Made by a program: the position numbers and the translations under genes. Positions 12,752 to 24,882 of a DNA stretch of 64,000 nt are shown here, piece by piece (position 1 is the stretch's first letter; each line of letters starts with the position of its first letter). This stretch comes from Anthoceros angustus (taxonomy: Eukaryota > Plantae > Anthocerotophyta): assembly GCA_010909165.1 (NCBI GenBank), contig MU008186.1, positions 372,001 to 436,000 on the forward strand, given 5' to 3'. The notes under the pieces are model-generated. The model saw nothing but the letters and a program-made list of their open reading frames with translations. It was not told where the DNA came from and did no database searches.

Positions 12752-15009
12752 GGGCGGGTTTCCATGTAGCCCGGCGCGGTACCGTAAAGCCCGGGCTTAA
12801 GATGGGCCCGGGTATCCCCATCATATGCGAATCCCTATGTGTTACCGTTGGTTTCCGGTATTGTAGACCGTCTATAGGCGGGACCTCGTGACATACCACA
12901 AGTGCTTGTATGTAGAGTCTATAGGCGGGACCTCGTGACATACCACAAGTACTTGCATGTAGAGTCGCGTACTCGTTTCGCTGCCTTTCAGTTTTCCAGC
13001 CATTTCCGTACAAGAAGAGGTGCGGGCTTTGCGATCGTGTGCGCATGCCACTATGTTCAATGTCCTCATTGAAATGAGTCCGCTTTCTTCCAAGTTCGAT
13101 AGCTCTAAGGGCCATGGATTTCAGCGCATCATTGAGGACAATGGAATACAGCCAAGACATTTTTGAGGTGCCATCTAGCATTCCATCCCAAGTTGTCGAT
13201 GAGTCTCTTGTCTTTGAGGAACCTTTAAGGAAACGGGTCTTGTGGATTGAAGCTGAAATATTGGTTCTCCAAGCTGAATGGAGAGATGACCTGCAGAGAA
13301 TATTATCTGGAGGGAACAAGGAGAAACATAAAGCTGGCCCTGAACGTTTGGCCAAGATTGCCACAGCTATGCGGAAGAGGAAAATCAAACGCACAGCAAA
13401 GCAGTGTAAAGACAAGTGACAATCCCTGCATACATATTGGAAGAAGATATTTGATCATGAGCGACACCTCGGCTCTAGGAAGAGTTCGTATTGGGACCTC
13501 TCCATTCAAGACAAGAGGTACAAGAGACTGCCAACAAGTTTCTATACTTACGTTTGCAACTGCATGTTATCATGGTCGCCAGAAGGGAGGGATATTGATC
13601 CAGGTGATCTACTCATGGACTCCACAATCCGCCAAAGCTCCCCCATGACTGAGCCTAATGTTTCCGATGAGGGTTTCTTAAGCTTCAGGTCTTCCATCCA
13701 CTCCTGGCTGTTGGTTTCAAGTCTAGTTTTTTTCATATGGCATGTGATTGTTATTAAATTATAGGTGGTGGTAATAACGTATCCCCACAACCAAGTCCTG
13801 AAACTCATTGCCAAGATCAGTGGAGAAACAATTGTGCTTCAACCTCAGCTTCTCAAGAAGCAATCTCGCCTTCCAAATCTCCGAGTATAACACGGAACAA
13901 GAAACATCGTTCAAGCGGTGCCACACAAGGTGAATTTCTCTCGCAGCTGAAGAAAAATAACAACCTTCTTCTAGCTAGTATGGCAGATGGAGAGTGAGAG
14001 AAATTGTCACGACACTATGAGAGTTTAGCATTCGAGAAGACCAAATTCAAGTTGGTGCAACAGTCTGAGACCCATAAAATAGAGATTTCTAAAGAGCTTG
14101 GTCATGGATGCATCAACACTCTTGTTGGAATTGGCAGTGGAATTAAATTGCTCGGATAGGAAATCCTCTACCAAAGGCAGAAAGAGAAGTAGATATGGTA
14201 GAGTGTGACACTTGTAGAAAGTCCTGGAAATTGTAAGAACTGAAACTGAAACTCGTACAAGCTTGATATGGTAGGATTCCTGCCTCCATTGACTATAAAT
14301 GTATCTGATTTTGTTACAAGCATGTCACTAAATTATGCAACATGTCTATGCACTTAAAAAAGCCTTCAACACCTCTATTGTGGCTTGTCCTGATGGATCT
14401 CTAGGTGGTCTCTCCATGCCGGCTCTATACGATGGGTGCACATAATCTTAAACAAAATACTCCTTTGGAAGATCTCCTTTGTCAATCCCTATGTTGTGTA
14501 ATATGCAACAAGCATATGTCAGTTAAGCCAAATACCTCAAGTTACACCCCCATGTCTTCCTCCCCATTATACGCCACTGTCCCTTTAAATCCCCAAAAGC
14601 ACGTTCGACCACCATTCGGGTGGAAGAATGCTTGTAGTTGAAATTATCTTCAATTAGACAAAGACCCATTTTTGCAATTGGCACGACCAACCATGGCATG
14701 AGCGGATACCTTGCATCTCCCAATATTTATTCCTCCACTTCATATCCGAGAATGTTTTCCTTGGGCCCATTTAAGGAGTGCCTACCGCTACTGTTCTGTA
14801 GAAACCAGAATTCACCAAAATTCTTATGTCATTGGCTTTACCTAGCCAACCTGTTACGACGTTAAGAAAGCGTTTATCTGGGCCCACAATAGCTTGCATT
14901 GTCATGGTCAGACCTTTGTGACCGTACCAAACGAATTTTTCTTCGCCAACTGGTGTTTCTATAAAAAAAATGGGTTGCATCAATAGCATCCAAGCAATTG
15001 GGGAAGCCT
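12752..15009. mobile_element. Degenerate PIF/Harbinger transposon: Myb/SANT ORF on + (~13114-14190) and DDE transposase on - (~14500-15009)
   Basis: Trihelix LWIEAEILVL...RTAKQCKDK*QSLHTYWKK. HARBI1-type GFPNCLDAIDATH, QAIVGPDKRF...GKAND and GDARYPLMPWL...HSSTRMVVERAFGDLKGQWRI, with stops and frameshifts. Possible left end TAA|GGGCGGGTTTCCATG. Confidence 0.8.
12870..12967. repeat. 47-bp direct repeat x2
   Basis: gtctataggcgggacctcgtgacataccacaagt repeated. Confidence 0.85.
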
Positions 15010-15261
15010 TGTTGATCACATAATCCTTGCTTTTAACGAAATACAGCAATAACGCAGATCAATTAAGTGATTGATTACATCGTGTATATCAAGAAAAAGG
15101 TAAGGTGCTTATGCAATAAGATGAACTTAAACTAGAAACTGAAAAGTCGTGTCTATTCATCTAAAGGATGTAACCCTAGTGAAAGGGTAAGCTGATTTAA
15201 CTATATACAACCCAAGCTCCTTAACGTGCTGATAACACCTAAATGGCCCTTATGTTCATCA
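15010..15261 (-). mobile_element. 3' LTR of a Ty1/copia element inserted in the Harbinger transposase (second copy ~16988-17237)
   Basis: Minus strand reads CAAGTGGGAG (PPT) then TGATGAACA...TGATCAACA; it cuts the transposase just upstream of GFPN. Confidence 0.7.
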
Positions 15262-15505
15262 CTCCCACTTGTTGGGGCAGGTTAAGGACAGTTTTCCAGA
15301 GCTCTCCTAGCCTCGTGGCCTCTTGACTTCCTCATCATCTTCATAGTGCGTACTCTCGGCTCCCCATCGCACTCCACTGAGTCAAAACCGAGCTATGGAG
15401 TGCGACGGTGTGAAGCCATTTCATGCGAAGTGCGCCCCATACATAGGTGTGGTTTATGCACTTGTGCTCATAGCGAGACTGAGGCTTGAGAATTGTCTGC
15501 TCACC

Positions 15506-16357
15506 ATGCCTTCGTCTTCTGATGCTGGAGGTGCTCCCAAGCAGCCAAGGACCTACTTGCGCGATACCTCAGGCCACTTCAAGTCCAAGAACACTAGGAC
15601 ACCTGTCAGCAATTCTGGGGAGCAGCCAAACACTACTCGAGGCTCTATAAGGGGCCCAAGGCGACGCCCTCCAGGCAGGGGAAGAGGTGGAGCATCAAGA
15701 GAAAGAGGCGTTGCTGGAGACTCTACGATGCCGGGTCCATCACGCCCGGTTATTGGCTCTGCTAGGACGACCACCCTTGCTCACAACTCACATGAGCCTG
15801 TTTGTGAATATCAGCATCATGAAACCGAGCCACGCAGGCCATATATGTTTCCTAACACTCGCAATTATATGAAGGAGACCAAAATCGTGAGCTTGGACAG
15901 CATGCTTAACCCTGGTACACTTGTCTGGTACAAGTGCAAGTTCAGTAATTTGATGATGAAACGACTTTGAGTCCAGCCCTGTAAGGAGTATCACGGGCAC
16001 ATAGTCAGCTATTACAGTAAGTCCACTTACGCCCTTGTGCTTTGTAAAGTGCATGCTATTGTCATAGCATCTGTTCCCACATCGGCTCCCACTAGCTTCT
16101 AAGCTTGTGTTGACCTTCCTATTGCAGGATCCGATCTTAGGCTCAAAGAGGAGGAGCGTCTCGTGTCCCCAGAAAGAATTTTTTATGAAGATAGGAGGAG
16201 ACGTAAGAGCCCTCGATCGGAAGAAAGCTTCACTTCCTCTGAAGAGCCAGAAACTAAAGAGATGCATTCTGACAGCGAGGAGGAAAATTCCCCCAACACT
16301 CCAGATTCCGTCAACATGGAGAATAGTCGCTCCAGCTCTTTCTACAGTGGAGACTGA
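15506..16357 (+). pseudogene. Antisense spliced extra ORF in the copia 3' region (exons 15506-16016 and 16128-16357; one internal TGA)
   Basis: The phase-1 GTAAGT...TTGCAG intron joins two ORFs in frame, 247 codons in total; TGA at 15968. Confidence 0.5.
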
Positions 16358-16419
16358 TAGGGTAACACTGTTTGCATTTTTATTGTGACTGGAGGAAGTC
16401 CTGTGACTTCCCCATTCCC

Positions 16420-19400
16420 AGACCTTGACGTGCTTCGTGTGCAGGTCCCTGCCTAGGGCTTTGGTAAGAACATCTGCAGGGTTTTCTGCTGTTGGTATAT
16501 ATTCCAATGTGACTTTGCCTGCCTGAACCAACTCACGTATATAGTGATAACAATACTTTAGAAAGGTGTTTCTCTTGTCAAAAGGGGTTTTGGAAAAAAT
16601 CCCAACCTTCACTTAAACCAAGTTGCTTTGGTTTTTGTTGGTTTTTGTAGGTGTTCATCCATCGGTTCTGGGCATTCTCGGCTCCGGCACCACTTCCTGT
16701 CGAGTCATTTACACCGCATTGGCACCTTGTACTCATGTTCATGGCGATTTAGTCGGTGTGATGAAGGGCTAGTGACCTCATTGTTCCATAATTTCGTCAT
16801 GTCCGTAGTTTCTGCATTTTGTGTGGTTTTGTATGTTTTTGTATACCAGGGGGGCCTAGGCGCGCATAAGTGCGCGTCTAAACAACGCTATGCGCAAACT
16901 TGTGACCGTACCAAAGCAATTTTTCTTCAACGGTGTTTCTATAAAAAATGGGTTGCATCAATAGCATCCAAGCAATTGGGGAAGCCTTGTTGATCACATA
17001 ATCCTTGCTTTTAACGAAATACAGCAATAACGCGGATCAATTAAGTGATTGATTACATCGTATATCAAGAAAAAGGTAAGGTGCTTATGCAATAAGATGA
17101 ACTTAAACTAGAAACTGAAAAGTCGTGTCTATTCATCTAAAGGATGTAACCCTAGTGAAAGGGTAAGCTGATTTAACTATATACAACCCAAGCTCCTTAA
17201 CGTGCTGATAACACCTAAATGGCCCTTATGTTCATCACTCCCACTTGTTGGGGCAGGTTAAGGACAGTTTTCCAGAGCTCTCCTAGCCTCGTGACAGTCT
17301 CTTCAGCTTCCTCAGTCATCTTCATAGCTGCGTACTCTCAGCTCCCATCGCACTCCACTTCGAGTCAAAACTGAGCTATGGAGTGCGACGGTGTGAAGCC
17401 ATTTCATGCGAAGTGCGCCCCATACATAGGTGTGGTTTATGCACTTGTGCTCATAGCGAGACTGAGGCTTGAGAATTGTCTGCTCACCATGCCTTCGTCT
17501 TGATCTTTGGAGGTGCTCCCAAGCGGGACCTACTTGCGATACCTCGGGCCACTTCAAGTCCAAGAACACTAGGACACACAGCCGTGCAGGAGGCAAACAC
17601 TACTCGAGGCTCTATAAGGGGCCCAAGGCGCGCCCTCAGGCGGGGAGGTGGAGCATCAAGAGAAAGAGGCGTTCTTTGGAGACTCTGATCACGGGTCCAT
17701 CACGCTTGGCTCGCTAGACGACCACCCTTGCTCACAACTCACATGAGCCTGTTTGTGAATATCAGCATCATGAAACCGAGCCACGCAGGCCATATATGTT
17801 TCCTAACACTCGCAATTATATGAAGGAGACCAAAATCGTGAGCTTGGGTAACCACAGTACACTTGTGGTACAAGTGCAAGTTCGATAATTTGATGATGAA
17901 ACGACTTTGAGTCCAACAGTAAGGAGTATCACGGGCACATAGTCGCTATTACAAGAAGTCCACTTACGCCTTGTGCTTTAGTGCATGCTATTGTCATATC
18001 TGTTCCCACATCGGCTCCCACTAGCTTCTAAGCTTGTGTTGACCTTCCTATTGCAGGATCCGATCTTAGGCTCAAAGAGGAGGGCGTCTCGTGTCCCCGT
18101 AAAAGAATTTTTATGAAGATAGGAGGCGTAGAGCCCTCGATCGGAAGAAAGCTTCACTTCCTCTGAAGAGCCGTAAACTAAAGAGATGCATTCGGCGGAG
18201 GAAAATTCCCCAACACTCCAGATTCCGTCAACATGGAGAATAGTCGCTCCAGCTCTTTCTACAGTGGAGACTGATAGGGTAACACTGTTTGCATTTTTAT
18301 TGTGACTGGAGGAAGTCCTGTGACTTCCCCATTCCCAGACCTTGACGTGCTTCGTGTGCAGGTCCCTGCCTAGGGCTTTGGTAAGAACATCTGCAGGGTT
18401 TTCTGCTGTTGGTATATATTCCAATGTGACTTTGCCTGCCTGAACCAACTCACGTATATAGTGATAACAGCGTCTGTTTAGAAAGGTGTTTCTCTTGTCA
18501 AAAGGGGTTTTGGAAAAAATCCCAACCCTGTTTCGCCGGAAACTGAAGTTGCTTTGGTTTTTGTTGGTTTTTGTAGGTGTTCATCCATCGGTTCTGGGCA
18601 TTCTCGGCACCACTTCCAGTCATTTACGCATTGGCGCCTTGTACTCATGTTCATGGCGATTTAGTCGGTGTGATGAAGGGCTAGTGACCTCATTGTTCCA
18701 TAATTTCGTCATGTCCGTAGTTTACGCATTTTGTGTGGTTTTGTATGTTTTGTATACCGGGGGCCTAGGCGCGCATAAGTGCGCGTCTAAACAACGCTAT
18801 GCAAACTTGTGCCTGCAAAAAGAACGCGAAAAATAATCTTCTAATGGGGAAACATGTCCTTTGAGGTCCGAGGATGTGCCGAACTCCCAACAAAATAACA
18901 AGTAGTAGACATCGGAGGTTCACCTAGACCGCCTCATATATCTATCCTATGCCCTAATGCGACGAAGAACACCCTATCCCTTTTATCCTTTACGGTGTTT
19001 AGTCTCTTTCGTGACCTAGTACCGTTATCATCAAACATGTTAGGGGCCCAGTGGGTGAACAAGTGCATGTACCGGGGGCAGGGGCCCGTGCACGCACAAG
19101 TGCATGTACCGGGGGCAAGGGGCCAGTGCGCACAGGCAAGGAGGCCAGTGCACGCAGTGCACCAAGGTCAAGAAGGCCTAGGAGCATGAACCCATATGGT
19201 TCATGCCTCCTAGTGCATTCAGACAGTTCATCCAAAGAAAAAGAGCAAAAGTCTAAAAACCCTTAAAACCCTAAAAAATCACAAAAGTCCATTTGAGGCA
19301 AGTGCGCGACTTGCCTAAAATTTTTGACAATTTTTGGAATTGTTTTGTATTTGTTTTGATATTTTTTTTTTAAAGGGTTCCTTTCGACGTTTTCAACCTT

Positions 19401-20270
19401 TTTGTGCACCTCCCTAATGTGGATATGTTCTTATCTTTACTTAACCCTCATCTTTTTTCTAGTGGTTAAAACTTTGAACTAGTAGTGAGAACCTTTTGCA
19501 TCTTTTGAATCTTGAGGCGTTTGGCGTGGGCCCGACTCAAGTGCGAGACCATGCCACTCTCATTCTCGCCTTGCATGTGGATCAAGAACATTAGGTCAAC
19601 GAAGATATTATTGTCCCAATGTCTAAGAAACAAAGTCTGTAAAATTCTCGGGCGAGTATAGTCTTAGGATTGAGTGGTATGAATGAAAGGTTGGTGCGCA
19701 AACAAGTTTGCGCACCGTCTAACAAGCCTAAAAACTCTAAGCGTTTGTATCGTCCAACACGGCAATGATTGCGGATGTTGGAAGCATTAGATGGTCGCGC
19801 ATAAGTTTTGTGTCGTATCTAGTTTGAAAGAAAAAGCGAGCGAGAATGGGACTTTAGGTTTTGCCACGTACTTGCAATCTACAATCTCAAATAACGTGTA
19901 TCAAAACAATTATTCAAAAGGTTGCGGGTGACATGTCTGGAGAAATACCAAAAGGTGATTATAGTGCGGATTTTTTCAGGTGCAAAAAGGGGTCCGGCCA
20001 CGTCCGTGTGCAAAAAGGGGTTTCAGGAGAAACCCCTTTCTAAACAGACGCTGTTTGATATTCTACTTCAACGTGTTTCGTACGAGAGTGAAATACCGAA
20101 TTTTTAGCAAGTGCCATAGAGCCTTGATTGTCAGTGAGGATAGTGGTGCATGTAGGTAGCATAATTCCCATCTCCTGAAACAGGACCTTACACCACACTA
20201 TCTCATTTGGCCGCATGAACTCGTATTTTGCCTCGATCTTGGATAGAGCTATTTTCTTGCCTACTCCGAT
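16420..20270 (-). mobile_element. Ty1/copia RNase H fragments split by an insertion and a duplication
   Basis: LTDNQGSMALAKNSVFHSRTKHVEVEY (20056-20140) continues as HYIRELVQAGKVTLEYIPTAENPADVLTKAL at ~18465-18370, and again at ~16548-16450. Confidence 0.85.
18466..20055. mobile_element. Non-autonomous TIR DNA transposon, 1,590 bp, 4-bp TSD (TGAT)
   Basis: 29-bp TIR AACAGCGTCTGTTTAGAAAGG(T/G)GTTTCTC with 1 mismatch; TGAT at 18462-18465 and 20056-20059; removal restores RNase H HVEVEYHYIRE. Confidence 0.85.
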
Positions 20271-21479
20271 ATAGGGCCGAAAGCATATCACGTAGCGGCC
20301 GATTTTCTAGTGTAACATCATAATTTTTGAAGGGGATGAATAATCTCGAAGGGGGTTTTCCGTAAATAATCTCAAGGGATTTTGATGGGCCCTAAAAGCT
20401 TTTAAGGCATTAAAACATCTCCGAAAAAGGGTGTCACCCACTAAAGTTCCTACTTTCCATCCAAAGAATGTTTCGAAATGGTGCAAACTCGAACCTATGG
20501 AATTAATGTAAAGTAGGAACGTAAGGAAGGCCTCACGGAAGGGACGATCAGAATTCGCTTTTGGGAGGAAAATGTGGTTTAGTAAGGACACAACAAAAGC
20601 CACGGACACGGTATTTCCAAAATATAGTAACATGTGGAACCAGACGTACAACATTCACTCTGGGACCCCGGGACAAACCGTGATTTCAGTTTCACTCATC
20701 ACCAGAGTTCAATCCATCGTCATCACTTGGTCCAGCTTTTCCAACATTGTCATCACTATCTTTAGTGGCACTTTGACTCAGTATGAAGCATAACTCGCAG
20801 AGCTTATCCCTTATCGCTTTTTGTCCACCGCATACATGTTTCCGTATGCTCAACACAACCCATAATACAGATGGCATTTCATTCACAAACATCTTTGTAT
20901 GTTTTTGGGTAATGGACCTTATTCCTTTTTCCCAAGATCGGACCGTATGGGTTGGCACTGACGGACTATGTGTTCCTACACATATCTCCTTCACGCATTT
21001 GTGCTCTCGGTCCGATACTGGATAAGAAAGTGAGGTCGTGGTGCATCTAGCTCACAATGACTCTCCCAATCCGTAATGGCCTGTATGTCCATAGTGCACG
21101 ACCGCCGTAAACATCCCTTCCAGATTTCCATTATGTCCCCATTTATCCACGCCATTCCACGTTGCCTTCCGCATTTTGATATGCCTCCAAGTACATATCA
21201 CGCTATGGAGGTCCTCAATAATGCCTCATCCAAAGCAAAGCTTCATCCGCACTTGAAGTGGTCGCTATGTTTCCACTGCACGTGAAAACCACTTCCAAGG
21301 ACGCCGTAGCACTAGCCCAATGTTATTCTCCACAATGATAGCAATCTCCTTCCGTCCACCCAAAAGGCTTCCCACCACTTGTACTCTTGACATTATGGGC
21401 GCAAATCTTTTAACCCTTCCCAAATGGGCCACACCTTCCGTCGGTGATAGGATACCTACGTTCCCTTCTTGTATCCTTC

Positions 21480-21800
21480 ACCCGCATGCCGTGGATGGTG
21501 CTAAGGGAGGCGTCGGCACCGGCACCTCCCTTAGCACCACCCGGTGCATGCGGGTGGAGCTAGGGCACCGCGTCGGCGCCTCAAGATGCCCCTCATGGTG
21601 CCGGCCGGCGGCGCCTCCCCAACACGCCTGCTCGCCCATGGGTGCCGTGGCGGCGCCTCCCCAGCACACCACGCCCATGGTGCCGGCCGGCCGCCCTCCC
21701 CTAGCACACCCTACCCATGGGTGCCGGCCGGCCGGCGCCCTCCCCTAGCACACCCTGCCCTGCCCATGGGCGCCGGCCGGCCAGCGCCCTTCCCATGGGC
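21480..21800. repeat. GC-rich degenerate repeat array (cccatgggtgccggccggcgcc / ccctagcacacc)
   Basis: Repeated palindromic GC motifs, probably TE subterminal sequence. Confidence 0.55.
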
Positions 21801-21895
21801 TCCTCATAGGTTGTTTTTAAGAAAATGAATATTTAGCGGCTCAAGAGTCTTGCAACTTGGGACTACTAGTTAAGTGCTTGGGAAAAAGGTCTAGT

Positions 21896-22416
21896 AATGA
21901 ATAGATTCCGTCTTCAAATCCCATATCTTTTGAATAACTCAACTTTGTTGATTTTAAGGATGCTTACATGGGCGCATGGGCAACTAACTTTGTTCATTTT
22001 AAGGACGTTGGCATTGCCTTAAAGCCCAAGTGGTTGCATTGAGTGCCAGAAGGTTGAAGACCACAATTGGCGAGCTTTTGCATGAGGGTCAGCAGACCCT
22101 AAATGTTGTGTGGCAGTTGACACCGTTCCAAGCTCAGCCCAAGAATTATACTAATGAATAGATTCCGTCTTCAAATCCCATATCTTTTGAATAACTCAAC
22201 TTTGTTGATTTTAAGGATGCTTACATGGGCGCATGGGCAACTAACTTTGTTCATTTTAAGGACGTTGGCATTGCCTTAAAGCCCAAGTGGTTGCATTGAG
22301 TGCCAGAAGGTTGAAGACCACAATTGGCGAGCTTTTGCATGAGGGTCAGCAGACCCTAAATGTTGTGTGGCAGTTGACACCGTTCGAAGCTCAGCCCAAG
22401 AATTATACTAATGAAT
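21896..22416. repeat. ~256-bp near-identical tandem duplication
   Basis: taatgaatagattccgtcttcaaatccc...gctcagcccaagaattatac occurs twice. Confidence 0.9.
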
Positions 22417-22779
22417 ACGAGCAAGCATTGGAGGAGAATGATAGCTTTGACGCAGAGGATATGGACCGCCTTTCGGAATTTGGTGGTGGTCCTTGACTAT
22501 CCAGTAGCAGGCATGAGCAGTCGCTCGGCCGCACTCTTGAATGATTATTGTCGATGCTGATGACCACTTCCTCCTTTAGCAGTTGTTTGTTGCAATGTTC
22601 CACGACCAATGAAATGAGACTCCCGCTAGTACAAGATTGTTTTCATTGTGTTCCACCACTTGAAAGTAAAAGTTTTCGGTTGTAATAAACATATGAAAAT
22701 GGCAGCCCTCTATGCATTCAACAAAAACGCAGACGGGCCCACACCCTACTGTGCTCTAGTTCTGGAGTGTAGACTTGAT

Positions 22780-22915
22780 CATGGTATGGCCGATATGTCA
22801 ATATATCATATATATGGCCGATATATCGGTACCCAATATGGTAGACTTCATCAGCCGATACCCGATATGGTAGACTTCATACCCAGATTGATACCATATC
22901 CAATACTCATACCTA
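22780..22915. mobile_element. Possible hAT-like element end truncating the copia RT
   Basis: Clustered CCGATA subterminal motifs; terminus reads TAGGTATGAG on -, abutting the copia EW/KKAIQSEY region; partner end not found. Confidence 0.35.
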
Positions 22916-24882
22916 ATACTCAGATTGAATGGCCTTTTTTCACTCTGCTGAATCAGGTCTTCGAAGTGCTTCTTCATAGGATTGTGGTTCAACAGAATCC
23001 AAGGAAGTAGCATGAGCCTGTGGATTCCTAAAGTCATAGGATTGATAGTAATCAGGGGCACGTCTTACCCTTGTAGGATAATGGCATTCAGGTGCTAGAG
23101 CATCGACAACAACTGCTTCATCATCTGCAACTGCTTCATGGTTTGCATCTTCAGTCACTACTTCATCTTCAACTGCATCTTCCAAAGGTTCATCTTCATG
23201 CTCAATTCCTGCAGGATGGGGCTCCTGTATACCATCAGCAGCATGGTCTAAGGGTGCTGCTGGTTCATTGTCCCCACCTTCAGGAGCAACATCCTCATGG
23301 GGAGAATCGTCGAAATGAGAGATGGCCGGAAGAGTATCATCATCCCCACCAGCATCAGCAATGTCACCAGGTTGAGGAAATCCCACTGCCCAAGGAACTG
23401 TCTAATCAAAAGTGACACTACGTGAGTAGGTCACCTTGTTCTTCGACACATCATAAAGCTTGTAGGCTTTAATACCCTCAGTATAGCCTAGCATGAGCAA
23501 CTTGTGCGCTTTGTCTAAGAGTTTCTTGCGTTTCTCCTTAGGGATAAAGGCGTAAGCTACACAACTGAAGGTTCAAAGATGGAGAACAGAGGGCTTGCGG
23601 CCATAAAAGGCCTTATAGGGTGTCATACCAGTGACAGAGTTGGTGGGCAGTATGTTACGAAGATAGACTGCTGTTGTTAAGGCTTCTGCCCAATATGGCA
23701 GAGGGAGGTGGGCATGGTGAAGCAAGGACGAAGTCATCTCTTGCAACGTGAGATTCATGCGCTCAGCAACTCCATTATGCTATGGGGTATAAACCACGGT
23801 GAGTTGGCGTCCAATGCCTTCATCTGTGCAGTAGGACTGGAACTCCTTAGAAGTGAATTCCCCACCGTTATCTGAACGAAGGGTTTTGAGCTGCTTCTTT
23901 GTCCAACGCTCAACAAGCTTGAGGTAAGATTTAAAGTGAGAAAAGCATCCACTTTTTGCCTGAAGTATATAAGCAGTGACAAAACGGGTTTTGTCATCTG
24001 TGAAGGTGAGGAATTATCTTCCAGCACCCAAGTAGGGTTGGGACAGGGGTCCACAAAGGTCAATGTGGACAAGTTCAAGAACATCTGACGCTCGATGTGG
24101 GTGCTGGTTCCTAAAAGCAGCTTGGTGTCGCTTAAACAACACATAGGATTCACAGAGAGGTAAGGGAACCAAAGTCCCTATTGGCCCATCAGCATAGAGA
24201 TTGCTAATTGCAAGCTTCTGTAACTTGGCACTATGGGGATGGCCTAATCTGGCATGCCACAGCTGACTCTTAAATATTTGCTGTGCAGAGGCTAGTGATG
24301 TATCCTGTGTGAGGTGAGAGACGGGCACTCCACTCTGGGTATGAAGACGAAAGAGGTCATGATCTGATGACCCATAGGTTATAATTTTTCTATGGTCAAA
24401 AGCATCTATCACCTGGCATTCTATTGTGGTAAAGAGAATATGACTATTGTTGTCAGTATTTAACTTTCTAACTGAGATCAAATTCCTAGTCATGTCTGGC
24501 ACATAATACACGTCATTCAAAACGAGTGTAACGCCAGAGGGAATCGGCAAATGTATTGTGCCTATGCCAGGGGAAACAAGAGAACGATCATCTCCAAGGT
24601 AAACATATTGGTCCTGAGCTGACCTATATGTCTTGTAAGCATTTCTGTCGAAACAGATGTGTGTTGTAGCACCAGTGTCAAGGTACCATTCTGCCAATGG
24701 TCTGACCTCTAATTTGGTTGACAAACAGGTTGGGAGAAGAATTGGGTTAGAAAACTCTCTTGTGCCTACAGTGAGGGCAGAAAGGGTGTTATTTTTCTTT
24801 ACCACAACGTGAGTTTCAGCAGCTGGCTAACCAGCTTGCTTCTTTTGACATTCACGCTCCCAGTGTCCAGGTAATTTGCACA
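22916..24882 (-). mobile_element. Ty1/copia gag knuckle, protease, integrase and RT start, degenerate
   Basis: CKLPGHWEREC knuckle, WYLDTGATTHI, LWHARLGH, LELVHIDLCGP, YWAEALTTAVYLRN and EPQSYEEAL, with stops and frameshifts; may be the same element as the RNase H and LTR to the left. Confidence 0.9.

Larger units (their letters stand above)
14916..18806. repeat. ~1.9-2.0 kb tandem duplication (14916-16899 and 16900-18806)
   Basis: The same Harbinger tail, LTR, antisense ORF and RNase H tail occur twice, with TTGTG at the junctions. Copies differ largely by small indels. Confidence 0.9.

Noticed and set aside
12690-13415. 241-aa - strand ORF
   Set aside because: Antisense to the Harbinger Myb ORF and a tandem repeat
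20290-21470. CACTA end (TTTTCTAGTG at 20303-20312) and adjacent coding-like relic
   Set aside because: No partner TIR or TSD and no recognisable transposase motif
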